Assembly: GCA_964016885.1 (NCBI GenBank)
Contig: OZ024740.1
Location: 186,558,001-186,622,000, forward strand
Direction: 5' to 3'
DNA: 64,000 nt
From: Eledone cirrhosa
Taxonomy: Eukaryota
The position numbers and the translations under genes were made by a program. The notes below the pieces were generated by a model that saw only the letters and a program-made list of their open reading frames with translations, searched no databases and was not told the origin of the DNA. Shown piece after piece: positions 55,248-64,000 of this stretch; positions within the stretch are counted from its first letter, which is position 1; every line of letters begins with the position of its first letter.

Positions 55248-57199
55248 AAAATATATATATATATATAATTAAGGCCAGTTACTACATTTTGTTGGCCCAG
55301 AGGATCAACTTTTTCAACCTCTGGTGGTGGAAGGGAACTGGAAATTACCCTTAATAATAATTGTTTCTACTTTTGGCACAAGGCCTGCAATTATCACAGT
55401 GTATTACTGCTACTTTATTTTTTCGACCCTGTAAGGATGAAAGGCAAAGTGAACCTCGGCTGGATTTGAACTCAGAATGGCAAGGGCCGCAACTCTATGC
55501 GTCAAAGCATGGCGTCCGGCCCTCTACCGGTACTGACAATCCATAATAACCCAATATCATGTATATTAAATGAACACAGGACAGATGTCAACAGTTTGGA
55601 AGGGACCACCCATGTAAACTTACATATCTGAAGAAGTGTCGATTAAGAGTCGGGATCTAATCACCTAATCAAATCCGAGCTGATTGATATCAAAACAATT
55701 GTAATATACAATAAAGTTTCATAACAAGCTGCAAATCTGGCTTCTTATTGTCACTATATATATATATATATATTGTGTATACATATGTGTGTTTGTTTGT
55801 TCAAGTGCATATATTCCCGTGTGTGTGGTTTGTTTTGGCAAATGATGGTAAAGCTTATGAATACATGTTGGTGCTGGTTAGATCTGAGAATGCCTTTGGG
55901 TATAGCATGAACATTAAGACATCCTTTTGCCTTTTCTAACAATGTTATATTTCATGCCTAACAAAAGAATCTTATGATGAAACAAGGCCTTTAGTGCATT
56001 CTGTCTCATAAACTGCCATAGTTGTTGTTATTGTTATTCAACCTTGATTGAGAAGATCAAGGATTAATGGTGTTCCAGCCATGATCATCTCATCTTTTAT
56101 ACATACATGTTGAATCTAAATCTATATTTTCTAACATTTTCTTCCCATTTCTATAGCCATAGGGTATGATTTGTGTGAAATTTGTTTGCTATTTGTTTGA
56201 GGTAGAGACTCTCTTGTTCAGTCAATTACCATTGTATAAGCAGTATTATGTCAAGACCAAAACCTCTCTCCCAGCAGTGATCCCATTTCTGTGTGATGTT
56301 TAAAAAAAGTATAAAGTCTGTATCAAATCTGAAGGATCATCAGGCCAGTGCTTATCCTGGTTTCTGCGGCATTAAAAGACTGAGCGTAGAAGACTCCCTC
56401 ATATACAGCATGACAGTCCATTGCAGACTTAAACCCTCAGCTACTGCTGGTATTCATTTTCGCTGTGTATACATGAATTGTTTTGCTCAAGGATACAACA
56501 CACAACCAAGTTGAGTCATCGAACCCATGACATTATTATCATAAGTCCAACACTTTCCACTAGTCCATACACCTCCACATATAGTGTAAGGTTCACTTAT
56601 TTGCATTTCCCCATCATTTTAAATGGTCCATTATTTATTCGGGACCTTCACGAACAGTGCATATGTCCTCAGGCAATATGTCTGAATAATGTTTCACGAT
56701 GGAAAAAAAATAAAATAACCATAAAAAAAAAGGTTTACTTAAATGAGATAGAATGTTTCATAAGGATTAGAATAATGAAACATTGGATGTTGAAAATGAA
56801 AAACGACATGCCACTATGGGATAAAGTTTGTATTATCAACAAACAACAGCAATGACGTCTATAGAAAAATTAAAGCAGGCCAGTGCATTTGGCATTAAGT
56901 GAGGACTGAATGGGTTAAACTTGCACTAAGTAGATTAGAACATTACTGCCACTAATGGAAATAATGAAAATGAAATATCACTGAAATGCACAGAGCAATT
57001 TTCATGGCTTATTTTAGGTATAGTGGTTAAGGGTGTTAGATGCACACACATACACTTGCTAATCAAGCCAATGAGAATGCTTAAGTGAGCCAACAAGAGG
57101 ATCATCTGAAATGTAAAATCAGAAATATACTGAAGTTGCAAATAGTTGCAGTAACATTAACATAATCGGGTTTATAATAGGGGTGTATAATTAGGCATA

Positions 57200-57870
57200 G
57201 AAACAGAAATGAGTTTCGTAAGAGGCCAAAGCTGAAGAGCTACAACATCATGCTGATAAAAATGATATGGAAGCCTTTTGCTCAGGACTTTGAGAGGTAT
57301 ACAGGCCACAGAGAAACTCACAGCTCTTGGTGGTAAAACAGTACTCCAGGAAAAATCGAAGATCTTTGATAGATTCGCCAATCAATTTGACAGCCTGTTT
57401 AATATCCTAGGCAATGTTGACTATACTATCCTTGAGAAGGTTAAACAACAGTCAATCATCTAATTCATAGATGATGAACCTGTTTTCAAGGAATTCAATG
57501 ATGTAATTACGCAAATGAAAGAAGATAAAGCACCTGGCAGATGTGGCATAACTGCTGACATCTGGAAGCATGGAGGTGTGAAGCATATTGAAAGCCTGTA
57601 TAGCAGCGTGCTCCAGATTTGGAAACAGAAATAGTTCCACGAGACTAGAAAAATTCTGGCATTGCTCCTATCTTCAGAATGGTTGTAGAATGAACTGTGT
57701 AAACTACCAAGGAATATTTCTTCTCTTAATAGTTGGGGAGATCTTGGATCCTATGCTGTCAAACAGAGTAAGTATGTATATCTGTCAAAATATCTTACCT
57801 GAAACTCAGTGTGGCTTCTGTGTCGAAGCACTGCGAACATAATCTTCTGTCTTCACCAAACTCAATCAAA
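57200..57870 (+). mobile_element. Highly decayed RTE (BovB-like) fragment
   Basis: Remnant motifs KAPG..GI.ADIWK.GG, C.NY.GI.LL, ILPETQCGF across frames. Confidence 0.7.
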
Positions 57871-58159
57871 ATATGATATATTAAGGTACACTAAACATAC
57901 AAAACTCCTTTTATGAGTGTTTTAAACTGTAATCATGTCACAGCTATCTAAATACCTGGTGAGAATGTTACAGGAGTTTTATCTGTCATTGGTGACATTT
58001 ACTTACACAGTATTGAAACAAGAATAAGCTAAAATTTAAACACGGTTTTGCATATAAAACATAAGCTGTAGATGCTCATTTGCATATTGTGCAAAATATA
58101 ATATTGGCTGCAGATGCTTTATTTCGCATATAGTGCAAAAATATAAAATACACTCATAC

Positions 58160-58700
58160 ATTGTTGTGATTTGTTGCAACATAGAGTGAGATGTTGTGCT
58201 ACATTGTTGTAACATTTTGCAACACTATAACATGTGATACATATGTAGTGACACATGGTGGCATGTTGTAACATGTTGCAACAATTTTGTCACACATTGT
58301 TGAAATATGTTGCACCATTTTGATGTGTTGAAATATTGTTGTAACAGGTTGTGACATATTGGTGTAACATAATAGAACATGTTGCAAAACATGGTGAAAT
58401 GTGACATATTCTTGTAGCATTTGATATGTTGTGATACATTGGTGGAATCTGTTGTGCCATATTAGTATAACATATTGTGACACATTGGTGTTGCATGTCA
58501 CTAAACATGGTGACATGTGAAACAGTGTGTTACATATAACATTGGTGACATGTTGTAACATATGGTGGTATGCTGTAATACATTGTGATGATTCAAGGTG
58601 ACATGGTGTGACACACTAGGACATGTAACATTGATTTCTTAACATATTGCACCATTTTTTTAATATGATGCAATACACTCTTGTCATACATTGCAGCAAT
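58160..58700. repeat. Degenerate short-period minisatellite
   Basis: Dozens of variants of TGT(G/T)ACATATGT / GTTGCAACAT. Confidence 0.8.
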
Positions 58701-60619
58701 GTGTTCTGTATTGTGCTAACATGACTGAACCATTTTCATACAAAACTACTAATAGGCACCACTGATTCTACAATACAATACTTTGTTTTAAAGTGCAGTG
58801 GCTCAATTTAAAATGGAATGAATCAGCCTCAGCATCACTTTACTTGGCAGGAAGAGCAACACCTGGATTTGATTGCAGACTGCACTGAAGGACATAATTG
58901 AGATCATCAGACATAGATGGGCTGGCAATGTCTTTAATCTCAGTGGAGAAAACCCAGTGAGCAACCAGGGGCAAGATGGTGCAACAATCTAACCTGATAC
59001 CTTGGCTCCACATGGCCCAATATGGCCAAAGACAGTAAGCAGTGGAAGTCATCCAGTGAGGGGTTCCACTAATAGATGTGAGAAGGTCCTTGATTTTTGT
59101 GTAGGCAGTGGTGGTGGTGGTGACAGTGATAGTGATAACAGTAGTGTTGGTAGTTGTAGTGGTGGAGATCATGGTGATCATGTTCATAATGGTGGCAGTG
59201 ATGGAGATGGAGATGATGGTGGCAGTGATAGTAGTGGTGGTGGTGACAATGATGGTGATGATGATGATTTAGGCATTGTGCATATCCTTACCTGAAAGCC
59301 TATTGCTGTTCATTAAACAGGTTATGTATCTCATGGGGATTATCAACAATAGCTCAGATTTCATCATCTTTGCTATATAGCTTTGTAAAGCATGGAAAAG
59401 GAACCTGCTGACAGTATTTATATATATATGTTTTTTTTTAAACAAGAGAAGTAAGGCAATGAGGTTTTAGTGATTCTAGTATGGTGTTATTTTTCACTTT
59501 ATTAAATATTTATTTCCACAACGTTGCAACTTATGCAATTTGATAAATGCATAGATGCTTAGGAAATATGTACTTAATGCACACATGCACATGCATAGCT
59601 ATATGCCGATATATCCATCTCTCTCTTTATTTTCCTCTCTTGTCCCATAACTTCTGAGGGTGTCGGAGGTGCACCATACTGACATATGGCATTTCTAAGG
59701 CATTTTTAAACCTGGTGGAGCCCATCCACTCTCCAAGTCCTTTATCTCTCTCTATATATATATATCAATAAAGTTATTAATTTGTCTCCCACAGTTAATC
59801 CATCCATTTATTGGCTGCCACAGTACAAGATTTGAGACTATATGTTTAGGATATACCACACAGTCACTTGCTAATCGCAATCTTCACAGACTTATCTTTC
59901 CAGTTAAATTTTGCAGACCATCATAATGTTCTGTGTTGGTGTTATGTCTCTTCTATGTGATGTTAAGAATCATCCATGATATGCAGGAATACATTTCATT
60001 TAGCTTATATTCAATACTTTATGTGAGTGTCCTTGTCTCACAGCCATATTACAAACAGATTCAGCCATTGCCAAAAATGTAGGGGGTGACTTCCAGGTCT
60101 GTAAATCATTCTCCGCCTCCAGCTTTGTTGCTTTGGCCACAAACCTGCGTTTTGCTGCCTGCAACACAGAGGTGAGTAAGATAGTTAAATACCTGGTCCT
60201 CACTGATTGCTTCCTCTGTCTACTGGTCTTTGTCAAGAACTCTGGTTTCCTTGGTTCCAGACAGCAGCTCACTTGAGGAAGGAACCACATGAGGTGGGGT
60301 GGTTGTTGCAGCAAGTGTGTCTGACTATTCTACACTGTAATGCTTTTGCCATTTTGTCTGTGGGGCACAGCTGAAACACCACTCAGACTGGGTGTAGAGT
60401 CTGTCACTCACTCCTTTTCTCTCTTTCTTTCATTGCTTAATTCTGTTCTTTTTCTTCCTTTCATTTCCTTTTTTGTTCCCTTTAATAGTGTGTTTTGTTT
60501 TTATATAAAGAGCTTTGTAAAATAAAATGGTAAACTCTACATTGTCTTTAAAAAAAATATTAGGACATTATATTTACAAATATTAGTAAAATGATGACAA
60601 TCCTTTGTGCTTGAGGAAT

Positions 60620-60830
60620 ACCTGTGCAGCTTGTGACTGTAATCACTTTGCTCTAAGTGTTGGTTCCAGATGGTGCAAGAGATTTTTTCAATATATTTGC
60701 AGGTGTACCACACAGTGATATTTTGGCACTTTATCTCTTCACAATTGTAATTGATTATGTAATGAGACAGGAAGAACTTTGTTTCAGAGTCACAATTAAC
60801 AGAAGCAGCCATGTACTACCAACAGTAGAA
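60620..60830 (+). mobile_element. Decayed RTE-X-like RT fragment
   Basis: PDG.RDFFNIFAGV..DILALYLF.IVIDYVMR, homologous to 54900-54994. A further fragment lies at about 17600-17830(-). Confidence 0.65.
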
Positions 60831-60837
60831 AATATTG

Positions 60838-60869
<32 letters not shown>

Positions 60870-61560
60870 GGAAGGCACTCAACCATACAAAGCTCAGCAA
60901 ACAAAGGGTTGGGAGGACACTTCAGATGTGCCAAATATATGACAAACTCTCCTGTGCACTTAATAGTATGTGTGAATGTAAGCAAGATGTAGACTCCCCA
61001 TAGTGGGAGGTTAGTAGCCTCACTTCAATACTGACTTGGTCTATGTACACCTGTCCAACCTTTGCTTGCAGGGAAAGCAGGTGTTAAACAATGATGATGA
61101 TGATGATATATATATATGGCTCAGGTACAAAGAGAAGCTGATATACCTTGTGACATTTGAGCAAGTGACCTTGGAACAGAAGAACTGTGTGTTATAAAAG
61201 AATCAGGAATTTTGAATCCAGTTGTAACCATTAGCGACAAGAAGCAAGGGGGGTGGGGATAAGAGCATTATCAATCATGCCAGCAACATTCTCCAGTAAC
61301 CCTAAACCTTGCACGATCTGTGAACTTGCTTGCAAATCCTTAGCAGGCCTAGAACGTCATATTTGACATAAACATCCAAACTGAATAAACCAAATGGGTT
61401 GTTTGAATCTTTAGATGTCAAAATTGTCAGGGGAGTCCATATATATATATAAATATATATATATATGTTATCACCAGAAGAATGGTATGTTGACTTGATT
61501 CTGGAAAGATTTGAACTCAGAACATAATAGGCAATATTAAATACTAAAGGGATATTACAG

Positions 61561-61893
61561 GCACATGGCTTAGTGGTTAGAGCATTGGCCTTGCAATCGA
61601 AAGGTTGTGAGTTCAATTCTCAGACCGGGTGATGTGTTGTTTCCTTGAGCAAGACACTTTATTTCACATTGCTCCAGTTTACTCAGCTGTAGAAATGAGA
61701 TTATAGGACTGGAGTCCATATCATTCCACTGCAAAGTGGTCGTGGAGGTGCCACGGCAAAAAAGCACCCAGCACTCACTGTAAATGAGGTTGGTGTTAGG
61801 AAGGGCATCCAGCTGTAGAAATCAAGCCAGAATCAGTTCCCATCCCACCCTTGGAAGCAGGGAAAAAGCGGACGTAAAATGATGATGATGATG
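61561..61893 (+). mobile_element. Complete tRNA-headed SINE with RTE-derived body and tail
   Basis: A box TGGCTTAGTGG, B box GAGTTCAATTC, core CCTTGAGCAAGACAC, and GGTGTTAGGAAGGGCATCCA (same as the RTE 5' UTR at 10698). The 3' end matches RTE 13816-13860 plus (GAT)n. Confidence 0.92.
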
Positions 61894-63384
61894 TTTCTTT
61901 TCTACTTAACTGTCATCCATTATTGTGAAAAATTTACTCAGAGTGAATTAATATAATCATATTTTGGTTAGACTACCACTAAATGGAGCCAAGATATTTT
62001 GGTAAAAGGCATTTGTTTTAGCAGGATGATTTTATCAGTATTCTGGTTTCTAACATTGGCTGCGTAATGTTATAAGTTTGGAACTGACCAATTTCTCATT
62101 GATATTGATGAGCTAGTGAACATAGACACACACAACCACACATATACATCTGTACACAAACACATACACACAACACACATGTATATCTACACACACACAC
62201 ATATATATATATATACATATATGCATATACATACACACAACCACACATGTATATCTATGCACACACACACACACACACACTTTTATATATATATATATAT
62301 GTATGCAAGCACACATACATATACACTATTTATATATTTATCTATCTATCTATTTACTAACATGATGTGTGAGGCGAAAATCCCAAGATAATAGTTCTGC
62401 TGAAATTTCACCAATGCAAGTCTAGACTGTGACTAAAGGAAGTAGTGCCGTATTTATTGATTTATAATTCTAAATGATGCCATTCAATCATATCAGGAAT
62501 CGGCCAAGTTATGTGGTATTTCTGTCAAATGGATTAAATGGGTTTCCAATTATTTCTTCATCATTTCCATTATATCAACACTAGTTCAACCCATAACTTC
62601 ACTGATTGTCTTCGATAGTTTTTAAAATAAATAAATAAAAAACAAAAACATATCTGTCTTTTGACATTCTTAATTTACTTACTGTGTATTTGTTTATAGT
62701 GATCACTGACCGTGTTGAAAGAATTGGCTGCTGTTAGGACAGTTGGGGATGTGGGGTGGTGGTGGTGGGGGGGGGGGGGGGGGTTTAAATTATTTATAAA
62801 GCTAATCATTATATCTAAGCTGTGATCATGGTAGAGACAATTAAATCTCTTAATCTAAAGAGGGAGATTACACAAGGTCAGCTCAACAGCCTAGAAATAT
62901 TGCTGCCAAATTCTCTCAAACCATATCCTTGATTTTCTATATGTTTCTTAAAACTATGGATCTTTATCTAGAAAGTTCCACACCCAGATACAAACTTGTG
63001 CAAGGCTTTTTATGGAACCCTATCCTTTACCCCTGCATGTAAATCTCCCTTCTTCATACCACCAATGTTGTCAAACGGAAAGAGCTAATACAGTCTGGCA
63101 CCAGTGTTGATGCAGATGTTATCATCTGAGTACAAAGAGCCAGAACAGTTACTGCAAAGCATTGTGTCCAATGCTTTAACAAGGGATCAACACATTAAAA
63201 TAAGGAGTTTTAGATATACAGAGAGACAAGAGGTCTACTTAACCAGGGCTGATCTGGAGCTAAACAAAAACAACTTAACTCTTTTCTTAGTATAGTAGAC
63301 AATAAACAGGTTGTTTTTGTTGTTGTTTAACTCCATTTCAGCTCTGACAGAACAAACCTTTCAGCAACATCATAATCATAATCC

Positions 63385-63635
63385 TCATCATCATCCTCAT
63401 CAATATTTAAAGTCCATTTTCCATGCTAGTATGGATTAGATGAGTTGTCCCGTTGTGAGACATGTCAGATCAGATGACAATGTCATGCTCATTCAGAACT
63501 GTTTCTGGCTTGGATTTTACAGCTGGATGTCCTTCCAAACACTAACAACATTTTCAGTATGGACTCGATGCTTTTTAATGTTACCAACATGACCACTCTA
63601 CAGGGTGGACAGTGCTTTTTGTTGTGGCACCAAAA
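63385..63635 (-). mobile_element. Decayed RTE 3' UTR/SINE tail
   Basis: Diverged copy of 21512-21790. Confidence 0.75.
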
Positions 63636-64000
63636 CGATATGTGTTCAAAGATATTCCGACCTTGATCATCCTATTTTCTCACTAGTATCTACAATTATC
63701 TTATCCAATGTGTTTGTCCCTTTTTAAGGCAGTAGAATGTAATTCCAAGAAGATTTAGCTGCTTTTGATAAAATGAGTACTAATCAATACAATAACCATT
63801 ATAGGTGGTGATATAATCAAATACAGATTAAGAACCCAGTGTTCCAGTAGAGCTGCAGTTCAATGACTGAAAGCAATCAAAAGAATATATGTATACGTAA
63901 ATAAGACCGTTATTGATCCAATCAGCCCATAAACACACAGCAAACACCCTAAACAGTGCATCAGCCTGCTCTCCTGACTCCTGCTAAACCAAACCATGAC

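Noticed and set aside
59002-59295. Gly/Asp/Ser-rich 97-aa ORF
   Set aside because: Derived from a degenerate (GGT/GAT)n tract.
61561-61630. tRNA gene
   Set aside because: It has A/B boxes but no convincing cloverleaf, and it continues into a multi-copy SINE body.

Overview
AT-rich animal genomic DNA made almost entirely of interspersed repeats and microsatellites. The repeat mix (RTE LINEs with (GAT)n tails, tRNA-headed SINEs, long (TA)n tracts) suggests a coleoid cephalopod such as octopus, but that is inference. No host gene could be supported, and most ORF-track entries are microsatellite or antisense artefacts. Recognisable elements: one near-full-length, disabled RTE LINE (APE + RT with an inserted PHD-type finger), several truncated RTEs, two Dong/R4 fragments, a Tx1/L1-type fragment, a CR1 fragment, RTE-X-like fragments, a Helitron remnant, a Tigger-like MITE and many SINEs. 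The most striking unexplained structure is a series of palindromic (fold-back) insertions in (TA)n tracts, with arms of about 40 to 684 bp. Two enclose Penelope-type GIY-YIG coding remnants and several carry hammerhead ribozyme motifs. In the three shortest, the fold-back apex falls on or next to the ribozyme-like hairpins. All alignments and pairings were done by eye, and boundaries are approximate unless stated.
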